A stretch of 64,000 nt of DNA from Dictyostelium discoideum (GCA_000004695.1 CM000150.2:4544001-4608000), one strand, 5' to 3'; shown: positions 1 to 13,488, numbered from the stretch's first letter. Numbers and translations are program-made. Notes: generated from the sequence alone by a model not told the origin.

Positions 1-37
<37 letters not shown>

Positions 38-599
38 TTTTAAATAGTTGATCCTAATTTACTAATCTTTGAAAAAATAAAAATTATATTCTAATTTTTT
101 TTTTTTTATTTTTAAACAAAATAATAAATTTAAATTTGTTTGATCCCTTTTTTTTTTTGAATTGGATTTAAATATATTGTAAGTAAATTTGTTTGATCCC
201 AATTTATTAATCTTTTAAAAAAAAAAAAAAAAAAAAAAAGATGAAAAATAAAAAAAAAATAATTGTAAATAAGTGAACCGTTTTGGGAAAATTAAAATTA
301 AAAAAATAAAAAGTTAAAAAAAAAAAAAAAAAAATTTTAATTTAAATGGTAATCCCTTATTGCCCTACAAAAAAGGGAAAAAAAAAAAATTCAGGAATTG
401 TTTTTTTTATTGTTCTTAAGCAAATCATAACCTTGTCAATATATATAATTAATGAGTCAAACCCGCTGCTTCATGAATAAATAAATTTTTTTTTTTTTTA
501 TGAATTTGTGGTGAAAATTTTTGAAGTTTTTTCTTATTTTTTATTTATTTTTTTTAATTTTTTTTTTTTTTTTTTTTTTCAATTTAAATTAAAAAAGAT

Positions 600-638
<39 letters not shown>

Positions 639-907
639 AATTTCATTTACAATTTGTTTATAATTACAAATAACTATTTTTATATTTTTATATTTATTAT
701 TTTTTTTAATATATTTTTTTATTTTCATTTTTTTGGATAAACTTACATAAAAAGATAAAAAGAAAAAAATGTCTGTAAGTATATAAATTTTTTTATTTAT
801 TTTATTTTTTTATTTTTTTTTTTTTATTTTTTACAAATATTAAATAAAAATAAATATTTAAATGTATACTAACAAAAATAAAAAAATAAATAAAATTAAA
901 GAAACCA

Positions 908-3900
908 ATGGATGTAGAACAAGAACCAAAAATTGATGATGCTTTATATAGCAGACAACTTTATGCATTATCTCATGAAACAATGAAAAAAATTACATCA
1001 ACTTCAGTTTTAGTTGTAGGTTTACAAGGTCTTGGTATTGAAATTGTTAAAGATTTAAGTTTAGCAGGTGTTAAATCTGTTACATTGTATGATAAAGAAT
1101 TAGTTGAAATTAAAGATTTGTCTTCTCAAGTAAGTTTTATATTTATTATTTTTACTTTCACGCACAAAATTTTTTTTTTTTTACTATGGTGATGTTCATT
1201 TAAAAAAAAAAAAAAAAAAAAAAAAAATTTTTTTTTTTAAAAATTTGGAAAAAAAATAGAAAAATAATAATAGTAATTAATTAATTTCCCTCTTTATTTC
1301 TTTTTATTTTTATTTTAAATTTTTAGTTTTATTTTTCACCAGAACAAGTTGGTAAAGTTGGTAGAGCAGATGCATGTTTCCAAAAAGTTGTAGATTTAAA
1401 TAATTATGTTAGAATTGATGTACATAATGGAGAATTAAGTGATGAATTCTTAAAGAAATTCAATGTTGTAGTATTAGCCAATCAACCATTAGCATTACAA
1501 CTCAAAGTGAATGAATTTTGTCATGCAAATAAAATTCATTTCATTAGTGTTGAAACCAGAGGTGTTTTTGGTCAATTATTCAATGATTTTGGTGAACAAT
1601 TTACAATCACCGATACAAATGGTGAGAATCCAAATGCTTATATGATCAGTTCAATCAGTCAAGATAAAGAAGGTATTGTAACCGTTGTTGAAGAACAAAA
1701 ATTACAACTTTTAGATGGTGATCTTGTTACATTCAAAGAAGTCAATGGTATGTCAGCTCTTAATGATCTTCCACCACAAAAAATTAAAACCATCTCTCCA
1801 TTAACTTTTTCAATTGGTGATACTACAAATCTTCCACCATATACTTCTGGTGGTTATGTTACTGAAGTTAAACAACCAAAAGTTGTTGATTTTGTAAGTT
1901 TTTTTATTTATTTTATGATATATAGATAGATAAATATAAATATATATATATATATATATATTAATTTTTTATTTATTTTTATTTTTTTTAAAAAAGAAAC
2001 CATTAAAAAATATTTTAGAAAGTGGTGAAAATATTTTTATTACAGATGATTTTAAATTTACACAACCAACCAATTTATTAGCAGGTTTCCAAGCAATTCA
2101 TAAATTTGCAGAGAAAAATAAACATATGCCAAGACCACATAATAAGGAAGATGCAAACGCTGTAATTGAGATTGCCAAAGGATTATTAAAGAAACCAGAT
2201 GATGAACTTGATGAAAAGATGATCACTCAATTATCATTTGGAGCACAAGGTGATATTGTACCAATGCAAGCAATTCTTGGTGGTATTACAGCTCAAGAGG
2301 TTTTGAAAGCATGTTCAGGTAAATTCACACCAATTCACCAATTGGCATTCTTTGATAGTGTCGAATGTTTACCAGAGGATTTAGAAACTCTCCCAGAAGA
2401 GGAGTTTCAACCAATTGGTTCACGTTACGATGGTCAAATCATTACCTTTGGTAAGACACTTCAAAATAAAATTGAAAATTTGAATTACTTTTTAGTTGGT
2501 GCCGGTGCTATCGGTTGTGAAATGTTAAAGAATTTCGCAATGATGGGTTTAGGTGCTGGTCCAAAGGGTTTGGTACATGTCACCGATATGGATACAATTG
2601 AAAAATCAAATCTCAATCGTCAATTCCTTTTCCGTTCATCCGATATTCAACAATTGAAATCTCAAACCGCTGCAAACGCTGTCAGAGTTATGAATCCAGA
2701 TCTCAATGTAAAGGCATACAGTCTTCGTGTTGGACCAGATACTGAAAGTCATTACAATGAAGAGTTTTTCAATTCATTGGATGGTGTTTGTAATGCATTG
2801 GATAATGTTGAAGCACGTTTATATATGGATTCTCAATGTGTTTACTATGGTAAACCATTATTAGAATCTGGTACATTGGGTACCAAAGGTAACACTCAAG
2901 TCGTTGTACCACATCTCACCGAATCCTATAGTTCAAGTCGTGATCCACCAGAGAAAGGCATTCCAGTTTGTACCCTTCACAATTTCCCAAATGCCATTGA
3001 ACATACCATTCAATGGGCTCGTGATACTTTTGAAGGTCTCTTTAAGAACAATGCAGACAATGTAAACTCTTACTTAACCAATCCAGCTTACGTTCAATCA
3101 TTGAAAACTCAAAATCCATTTGTTCGTTTAGAAACTCTTGCCTCAATTAAAGCTTCACTTATGGATCGTCCATTGGATTTCAATCAATGTATCGCTTGGG
3201 CTCGTCTAAAATTCGAAGAATACTTTAACAACAATATCGAACAATTACTTTACAATTTCCCAAAGGATATGGTCACCACAACTGGTACACCATTTTGGAG
3301 TGGTCCAAAACGTGCTCCAACCCCATTGAAATTCGATGTTGAAAATCCATTACATTTGGAATTCATTGTTGCCGCTGCAAATTTACGTGCCTTCAATTAT
3401 GGTATCAAAGCTGAAACAAACATTGAAGTCATCCAAAAACAAGCTGCCAATGTTATTGTTCCAGATTTCACTCCAAAGAAGGTTAAGATTCAAACCTCTG
3501 AAAATGAACCAGCTCCATCTTCAAACACTCAACAAGCTGGTGGTGATGCTGAAGATGATCAATGTGATACCATTTTATCACAACTTCCACAACCAAGTGA
3601 AATGGCTGGTTACAAAATTAACTCTATTCAATTTGAAAAGGATGATGATACCAATCATCATATCGATTTCATTACCGCTACCTCAAATTTAAGAGCTACC
3701 AACTATGCAATCAGTCCAGCTGATAAACATAAGACCAAAGGTATCGCCGGTAAAATCATTCCAGCTTTAGTTACCACTACTGCCGTAGTTGCTGGTTTCG
3801 TTTGTATCGAATTGATTAAAGTTATTCAAAATAAAGCTTTGGAGAAATATAAGAGCACCTTTATGAATTTAGGTATCCCATTCTTTGGTTTCGTTGAACC

Positions 3901-4249
3901 AATTGCCGCCCCAAAGAACAAAATTCGTGAAGGCTGGACTTGGACACTTTGGGATCGTTTCGATGTTGATGGTGATATCACTCTCAAGGAGTTTTTAGAT
4001 CTCTTTGAAAAGAAACATGGTTTGGATATTTCAATGCTCTCTTGTAAAGTTACACTTTTATATGCTCTCTTCACTGATAAGAAAACTAAAGAGGAAAGAT
4101 TAAAGATGAAAATCTCACAACTCTATGAAACCCTCTCAAAGAAACCATTACCAAAAGATAAGAAATATTTATTACTTGAAATTTGTTGCAATGATACTGA
4201 AACTGGTGATGATGTTGATGTACCAAGTGTCCGTTATAAGTATAATTAA
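908..4249 (+). CDS. uba1: Ubiquitin-activating enzyme E1. Exons 908..1129, 1327..1893, 1997..4249; introns 1130..1326 and 1894..1996. A possible additional micro-exon 769..774 (ATG TCT) lies upstream.
   Basis: Translation gives MDVEQEPKIDDALYSRQLYAL... then SSQ|FYFSPEQVGK... then KVVDF|KPLKNILESGENIF...; the long third exon carries the ThiF/E1 adenylation and catalytic-Cys regions typical of E1. The first intron starts with GTAAGT and both end in AG, each phase 0. The stop TAA is at 4247-4249. The possible micro-exon is atgtct followed by gtaagt at 775, with a TACTAAC branch site at 866-872 and an AG at 900-901 in frame with 908. Confidence 0.9.
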
Positions 4250-4486
4250 AAAAAAAAAAAAAAAAAAAAAGATTTATTCTTTATCTATACACATACAAAT
4301 ATTTTATTTTATAATAAAAAAAAAAAAAATTTTAAAAAAAAAACATATATATATTTATAGTTTTATTATTAACTTTTTCATAATTTTAAATCAAACACAT
4401 TTCAATTGGATTAATAAATAAATTTAATTATATTTATAAATTTGTAATTTCTTTGTTTTTTTAATTTTTTTTGTTGGTTGTGTAGA

Positions 4487-4487
<1 letters not shown>

Positions 4488-4569
<82 letters not shown>
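4488..4569. repeat. (ATT)n microsatellite, about 27 units
   Basis: Perfect attattatt... run. It produces a spurious poly-Ile ORF on the minus strand (4411..4596). Confidence 0.95.
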
Positions 4570-4570
<1 letters not shown>

Positions 4571-5655
4571 TCCAAACCTATTTTTAAATTATTCAATCAC
4601 ATCATAGTATACTTTTAAATACGAATTATTGAAAAAGAGCATGGAATTTCATAATTTTCCAATTTTAATTTTGGATATTGATTAGTTATTTTATTAAATA
4701 ATCCAATATAATATTTTAATAAATTTAAATTTTTTAAGTGAAACGAAATTAAATATTTTTTATTACATAATAATTGAGGAAATTCTTAACAAAGGAAATC
4801 CAACATTTCAATTGACCTTGATATTAATAATGGGAAATGATATGAGCGGTTAATTGTAGTGGGAATATTTTTAAAATAATCATTATTATCATTTCCATTT
4901 TCACCTTTTAATTTATTAATAAAATGTTTAAATAATTTAACACTATCGAAACCAACTAAACAAAAAAATAAAAACCAAATATTTAATTTCTTATTTTTAT
5001 TAATTTCTTTATTTTTAATCCCATCAATTGCTAAATCAATAAAATTAATTTGTTTTTTTAAATCATTTTTACAATTTGAAAATAATTAATGATTTTTAAT
5101 TTCTGTTTTATTTTTAGAATCTTCATACATAATGGTATGAAGATTCTAAAAATGGTTTATAAGATATATTATATCTGATTTATTTGTTGATAGCATTGTT
5201 AATTTTAAAAAAAGATCTTTATTTAATGAAATAAAGTATCCCAAATTTCATAGGTTTTCACAGTTGGTTCTATTAATTTAATTAATTGTTCAATTACTTG
5301 TATTGAATCACTTTCAATTGCTTTATTTAAAAATCTTTGGTTAAATATTCATGCTTGTAAAAAAGAAAAGTAATAATGGAAAAAAATAAGAATAAAGACC
5401 AATGTTCAATTTGTAAATATTAATAAACTTTTTTTTATTTTTATTTTTTTTTTAAATATATAATTTTATTTTATTTTTTTATTTTATTTTTTAAAAAAAA
5501 AAAAATATTTAAAGAAAAATAAATAAAAAAATATAAAAATTAATTTAAACTTTACTAAAATATGGAAAATTCGATTAGAATCGAATTATAAAATAATATA
5601 TTTAAAAAATACAATTATAAACCGAAAAAAGATAGGTTTTAGTGAGGGCACTTTT

Positions 5656-7608
5656 TTTTTTTTTTTTTTTTTTAATATTGGATTAACAAGATTGATATAT
5701 GTCCATCTGTGTTAATACGAGTTTTATTTAATATTTATTTAAAGGCTTATCATTTAAGCTGAAGGGTTATTTTAATCATATGAATTGATCAAAAGATATA
5801 ATATTTGGGAGAGATGATTCTGTAATACAATAGTAATTAGCTGTTGTTTTTCTTAGCTTGATCGTTGAAGTGAGAAGGATCTTAGGATCTTTGAAGTTAT
5901 TATGGTCTTTTGCTGATAAGTTTTTCAGATCTTTTGCTTTTTTGATGTATTCTAGAGTGGCCAATTTGTGCCATTTCTTTAGAAGGGAGCTGTATGATAG
6001 TGATTCATCTGTTAAAGGATCTTCACTGTATATTTGATTGCAAATCCAAATCCAAATGTTGTGGAGGATAAGGGCCATTAGGTTTCTATATGCGAATGAT
6101 CTGGTTAGATCATAGTCTATTGCTTTATAGTTCCATTCAAAGTATTCTTTGTGGAATCTGTGGTTGGCGTAATCTGCATTCACTTCTTGATCTTTTTTGG
6201 CTGTCGGTGATAATTTTGGAGTTATTCTATTAATGAAATTGTTATTTTGCCTAATTCTTGTATGGTGCCAGTTTTTACCTTTGCCTGTGGTAATATAGAT
6301 GAAATTTTTGAGTTTATTTATTTTTATGAATTGTTTTGTTTTCTTGCATGAGAAGAACAGGTGACCGTATGGGTCTTTGCTCATATCTTCTTTGCAGAGT
6401 GGGCATTGTTTGTTGTGAAGGTAGTTTATTGGAAGGCATCTGGCATGGAATCTAAACATTGTGTCTCTTGTTTTAGGGTCTTTTATCTTCAGTATGTTGT
6501 TGAAGAGTTGATTATAGCTGTAGCCTCTTAAGTTTAGAGATGATTGGAATTCCGTTTTAGGGATGGTTGGATTTTGGTCTTGAATTGTGGTATACCATTC
6601 TGCCAGTGAAAGTGGTTGTCCATTTTCGTTTTTTATGGATGTGAGATTATTGTTGAAGATTGCTTTTTTTATTCTTATTTTGTTCCATTCGTCTAAGTTT
6701 TCTTTTAGGTATCTGGATGTGAATTTGTTTTTTTGGATCTGATATTCCCAGCTTTTGTGATGAGATGAGTTTGTTTGTTTGGTTTCTAGTGCTAGGATGA
6801 ACTGGTTTATGATCCAAAGTTTCTGCGCCAGTTGTCTCAATTCTATATTCCAAATGTTCCAGCCCCCTACTTTTAGTGGGTATCTTGCTCTTTTGGTTCT
6901 CATTAAATTAATAACTTGAAATCCACTAGCATTTTTGTTGTTTGGTGCCGATAAAAACCATTCGACTAATTTATTGATTTGGTTTAATTCCTCTTCATTA
7001 AAATTCTCTACATATGAATAGTAGGTTAATTTAGAGAGTGCGAATGCTTTGAGGATGTTGGTTTTGGTTTTGATTGTTGAGTCAGTGGTTTTCCATAGTA
7101 CTAAGGATGATCTTATTGTGTTTAATATTTCTGGCATTTTTCTTGTTATCCCTTTGCCTGTGAAGAAGTATCCCAAGTATCTTTCTGGATTTGTAGATAT
7201 TGGAATTCTTTGGTTGGTATTGTCTGGGTTGCCTATAAGAATTGATGAAGATTTGTCGATGTTTAGTTTTGAGGAAGTGGCTTTGCAAAATGAATTGAAG
7301 TGTTGTAGTACTAATTCAAGTTGTTGAGAGTCTGGGACCATTGAAGCCGAGTCGTCTGCAAAGCTTTGGAATTTCTCTCTGTGGTTGCTGTTGTTTAGAG
7401 GAAGGCCAGTAATTAGGTCATCTTGTAAAATTTTTCTAGCTAAAGCCTCTATTACAAGGACGAACAGGGTGGGTGATAGTGGATCTCCTTGTTTAACTCC
7501 TCTTTTGATCTCAAAGGGTATAGTAGTTCTACCATTAATTTCAATTCTTGCATCAGATTTGGTGAGTAGATTCATTATCAGGTTGATTATATTGGTTGGA
7601 ATGTTGTC
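5656..7608 (-). mobile_element. 5'-truncated non-LTR (TRE-type, tRNA-gene-targeted) retrotransposon copy, about 1.95 kb, flanked by a 17-bp target-site duplication
   Basis: The minus-strand ORF 5776..7575 (599 aa) has reverse-transcriptase motifs (GVKQGDPLSPTLF ... SFADDSA) and a C-terminal Cys/His motif (CPLCKEDMSKDPYGHLFFSC) typical of a non-LTR ORF2. The element ends in a poly(A) tract (T-run 5656-5673 on the + strand). The direct repeat ttagtgagggcactttt occurs at 5639-5655 and 7609-7625. The insertion site is about 90-105 bp from the 3' end of the tRNA-Ile gene at 7714. Confidence 0.8.
5776..7575 (-). CDS. Retrotransposon ORF2 fragment (reverse transcriptase plus C-terminal zinc-finger-like domain), N-terminally truncated
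   Basis: RT motifs and a CCHC-like C-terminus. No endonuclease domain upstream, because the element is 5'-truncated at 7608. Confidence 0.8.
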   Translation of the reverse strand: MNLLTKSDARIEINGRTTIPFEIKRGVKQGDPLSPTLFVLVIEALARKILQDDLITGLPLNNSNHREKFQSFADDSASMVPDSQQLELVLQHFNSFCKATSSKLNIDKSSSILIGNPDNTNQRIPISTNPERYLGYFFTGKGITRKMPEILNTIRSSLVLWKTTDSTIKTKTNILKAFALSKLTYYSYVENFNEEELNQINKLVEWFLSAPNNKNASGFQVINLMRTKRARYPLKVGGWNIWNIELRQLAQKLWIINQFILALETKQTNSSHHKSWEYQIQKNKFTSRYLKENLDEWNKIRIKKAIFNNNLTSIKNENGQPLSLAEWYTTIQDQNPTIPKTEFQSSLNLRGYSYNQLFNNILKIKDPKTRDTMFRFHARCLPINYLHNKQCPLCKEDMSKDPYGHLFFSCKKTKQFIKINKLKNFIYITTGKGKNWHHTRIRQNNNFINRITPKLSPTAKKDQEVNADYANHRFHKEYFEWNYKAIDYDLTRSFAYRNLMALILHNIWIWICNQIYSEDPLTDESLSYSSLLKKWHKLATLEYIKKAKDLKNLSAKDHNNFKDPKILLTSTIKLRKTTANYYCITESSLPNIISFDQFI

Positions 7609-7665
7609 TTAGTGAGGGCACTTTTAAAGTTGGTTATAATTCTAATTCATTCTGATTCCTCTTCT

Positions 7666-7678
7666 GGGAATTGAACCC
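7666..7678 (-). promoter_or_regulatory. External B box (ex-B) downstream of the tRNA-Ile gene
   Basis: The + strand reads gggaattgaaccc, which is GGGTTCAATTCCC on the tRNA strand and matches the pol III B-box consensus GGTTCGANTCC. It lies 36 bp past the tRNA 3' end. The same element is conserved at the second tRNA-Ile copy (18369-18381). Confidence 0.6.
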
Positions 7679-7713
7679 TTAATCTAGTTTTCAAATGCCT
7701 TAAAAAGGATCTG

Positions 7714-7786
7714 TGCTCGATGCAGGGATCGAACCTGCGACCGTGGCGTTATTAGCACCACGCTCTGCCGACTGAGCTAATCGAGC
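7714..7786 (-). tRNA. tRNA-Ile (anticodon AAT/AAU), 73 nt, no encoded CCA
   Basis: The reverse complement GCTCGATTAGCTCAGTCGGCAGAGCGTGGTGCTAATAACGCCACGGTCGCAGGTTCGATCCCTGCATCGAGCA folds as a cloverleaf. It has a 7-bp acceptor stem GCTCGAT/ATCGAGC, a D arm GCTC/GAGC, an anticodon stem TGGTG/CGCCA with loop CTAATAA, and a T arm GCAGG-TTCGATC-CCTGC. Confidence 0.9.
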
Positions 7787-7799
7787 ATCCGTGAAAAAA

Positions 7800-8460
7800 A
7801 AAATTAAAATTGGCCAAAAAATGGGTAATTTTTTTAGGGGAAGATGAGACTTCAGAACATATATTCTTCAACTGCAAAGCCCACATCAAAAACACACAAG
7901 AAATCTTCAACTACACCTTAACCAAGTGTGGACACACCACTCACACCTGGAATTTTAAGATTTTAAAACATCCACAAATTGCACTAATAGCCAATTTAAT
8001 AGCTATTATATTCGAAAAAATCTGGCACAAAAGAAACAAACTCATCCACGATGAAATAGAAATAATAATTCATAGACCAAAAGTCATACGTGAACTAATT
8101 AAAACACAAAGAGCTGCATGGGAGAGGACACAAGCGGTTATAAACAAAACATTAAGAATCAAATCAAAGCAACGGCAAGAAGAACAAAATAAATTAGACT
8201 CATTAATCTCGCTAAAGCTATTACAATTTAGCAGACAACGGAACTCACATCTTCACGCAATAGCACTTCCCAAACATCAATCATGAAGCTGATGATAAAA
8301 TAAAAAAAGATTTAGAAAAAAATTTGGACAAAAAAGATGTTTTAATCAAAAGTAATAATACAATTCGAAATTCGAAACAAAAAAAAAAAAAAAAAATAAA
8401 GTAAACTGACCCCTCTTTTAGAGACCCTGTAAAAAAAAAAAAAAAAAAAACTAAAAATAA
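7800..8460 (+). mobile_element. Severely 5'-truncated remnant of a second TRE-like non-LTR retrotransposon (ORF2 C-terminal region plus A-rich tails), head-to-head with the tRNA-Ile gene
   Basis: ORF 7810..8286 (no genuine start) encodes ...EHIFFNCKAHIKNTQEIF...IAIIFEKIWHKRNKLIH.... This parallels the C-terminal HLFFSCKKTKQF...ALILHNIWIWICNQIY domain of the 5776..7575 ORF2. Oligo(A) tracts follow at 8385-8400 and 8437-8460. It begins within about 20-50 bp of the tRNA 5' end. The family assignment is inferred. Confidence 0.45.
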
Positions 8461-8794
8461 AATGAGATCTGGCATCTCAAGGAGAAGCAACTAATAATTG
8501 CGTTATCCAATTCAAAAAAAAAAAAGGTAATTTTTTTATGTTGGATTCATGAAATGACCAATTATTTTCGATATTGTTAGTCATTTGGTTTGCAGACTTA
8601 TTAAAAGAACTAACAAAATAAGTTGGTGAAAATGTGTCCTGATGATTAGAGTTCACTACTCGAGAGTTGTAACCAAAAGAAAATAAAATAAAACCCCATC
8701 TATAATTAAATGTGTTTTAGCTTTTATCTTTTGATTGATTGATTTTAAAATAACAACCTCACTTTTACAAGTTTGTTGGGTTTTATTTTAAAAT

Positions 8795-8832
<38 letters not shown>

Positions 8833-9025
8833 CTATTCTTTATGAATGGTCAATAACTTTGCTCTTTCCCATTCAGTATCTCTTGTATTGGATAGTTTAT
8901 AGATTTCTAAATCCTAAGTGATAAACTTTTCCCCTATACTTTATTTTACTTTTCATATTGTGTATGATATAAATGATTTATAATTCCTATTTTTAAAAAA
9001 AAAAAAAATTAAAAAAATTATATAT

Positions 9026-9064
<39 letters not shown>

Positions 9065-9078
9065 TTTTCTATAAATAG

Positions 9079-9462
9079 CTAGATACTTACATTACCATCA
9101 ATATCGTTAGAAGCATAACAGCTACTACTCCAATGAGAACCACGACCACATCTAAAACAACAATTACTTTCGTTGTAACTTGATTTATGGACTTGTTCAT
9201 GAATATTTTTTTTGAGTACAACTAAATTACTATATCTATTATCAGATGTATCTTTATTAATATGGTGGACCACTTCATTAGCGTATAACTCTCTGCCAAC
9301 TTTTCTTTGACCAACTGTACGATGAGTAAATTTCCAACTTTTACTATTTTCATCATAGTATTTACGATAACCACTTGGATTAATATAAATTTTTAAATCT
9401 CTTGGTCGTTGTTGTTGTTTTTGTCTTTGCTCTTTTTTATTGTTGTAATTGTTTTTTAACAT
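9079..9462 (-). CDS. Small intronless ORF (127 aa) with an HNH_3-like endonuclease motif followed by a CCHC zinc knuckle
   Basis: The segment ...GYRKYYDENSKSWKFTHRTVGQRKVGRELYANEVVHHINKDTSDNRYSNLVVLKKNIHEQVH has the His-His...Asn...Asn-Leu...His...His spacing of phage-type HNH nucleases. It is followed by CFRCGRGSHWSSSC, a CX2CX4HX4C zinc knuckle. Confidence 0.55.
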   Translation of the reverse strand: MLKNNYNNKKEQRQKQQQRPRDLKIYINPSGYRKYYDENSKSWKFTHRTVGQRKVGRELYANEVVHHINKDTSDNRYSNLVVLKKNIHEQVHKSSYNESNCCFRCGRGSHWSSSCYASNDIDGNVSI

Positions 9463-10018
9463 ATTGTTGTAAAATTATTTTTTTTTTTTTTAAGATTTTA
9501 TTTTTTAATGAACGAATTTTTTGGTGTTTGTTGAATATTTATATAAATGAATAAAATTTTTTTTTTTTTTGATTTTATTTATTTTTTTTTTTTTTGATTT
9601 TATTTATTTTTTTTTTTTTAAAAAAGAATTTATTTTTATTTTATTTGAATTATACCTTTTTTAAGAATTTTAACAGAATTTTTGTTTTTTTATTTAAAAT
9701 GGCCAAAAATATTATTTCTATTTAATTTTTTTTTTTCTTGGAATATATTTTTAAAAAAAGAATTGATCTGTCTAAATCTAAAAGGATTGAGTTCCAAAAA
9801 ATAAAAACTTGATTTATATATAAAAAAAGAATCACATAATCAAAAATAAAATATATTGATTTAAAAGAATAACCAAAATAAAATTTAAAATTTTTAAGAA
9901 AAACTTTGTCTTTTTTTTTTTTTTTTTTTTAATATTATTTATTTATTTTTTAATATATACAAAATTCTTTTTTTTGTTTTTTTTTTTTTTTTATTATTAT
10001 TATTACTTAATCTTTTTT

Positions 10019-12699
<2,681 letters not shown>

Positions 12700-13436
12700 T
12701 TTTTTATTTTTTTATTTTTTTTTTTTTTTTATTTATACAAGAATATATATACAAAATATTAAAATTTATTGGAAGGTAGTTTACACAACTCAATAAATAA
12801 TAATTTAATAAATAAATAATAATTTAATAAATAAATAAATAAAAATGGTAAGATAAAAAAAAAAAAAAAAATGGAAAAAATTTTCTTTTTATTGATAAAA
12901 AAAAAATTTAGAAAAAAAAAAATAAAAAAAAAAAAAAACAAAAAAATAAAAAAAATTAAAAAAATAAAAAATGTTTTTTTCAAATTAACTGAATGCAGGT
13001 TGCAAAAAAATTTTATAAACCCAATGGCTAAGCCATTTTTAATTTTTTTTTTCTTTTTTTTTTTTTTTCTTTTTTTTTTTTTTCCAAACCGTCCTCTAAA
13101 CGGCAAAAAATTGTCAAATTTACCCCTTTAAAAATTCTAAAAAATAAAAATTATAATTTTTTTTTTTTACAACGCAGCAAAAAATTGTTTGTGCATTTTC
13201 AAAGATTTCAAATATTTAACACCAAAATTGTAATGATCTCATCTAAAAAAAAAAAAAAAAAAGATTATAATAAAAATAATAATGAAAAATTAATATTTTG
13301 ACAATAATAATGAAAATAATAATAGATAATCATAATAGTAATAAAAATGAATTACTTTTTTGAGATGAAAAAAACAATTTTTTTTGATATATTTTTACAC
13401 TCATAGGGGAAAAAAAATTCTAAATTTAGAATAAAA

Positions 13437-13488
<52 letters not shown>

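Noticed and set aside
3336-4074. ORFs 3336..3692 (+) and 3826..4074 (-) inside uba1
   Set aside because: These are overlapping alternative-frame or antisense ORFs within a well-supported E1 exon.
5113-5150. 17-bp perfect hairpin as a transcription terminator
   Set aside because: Rho-independent terminators are a bacterial concept. It is kept only as a noted structure inside another finding, not as a feature.
7049-7612. ORFs 7049..7327 (+), 7082..7288 (-) and 7385..7612 (+) inside the retroelement
   Set aside because: They are antisense or off-frame relative to the RT ORF, which carries the conserved RT motifs.
12759-13131. ORFs 12759..13106 (-) and 12871..13131 (+), and similar ones at 13541..13738, 14184..14384, 31098..31640, 31711..31893, 32019..32225, 32447..32704, 34427..34711, 40094..40411, 41306..41901, 43162..43440, 46324..46533, 53528..53767, 54396..54599, 60505..60711, 61614..61817, 62859..63239 and 63146..63403
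   Set aside because: These are translations of poly-A/poly-T and AT-microsatellite intergenic DNA (K/F/I/N homopolymer proteins). They have no coding-type composition and no splice context.
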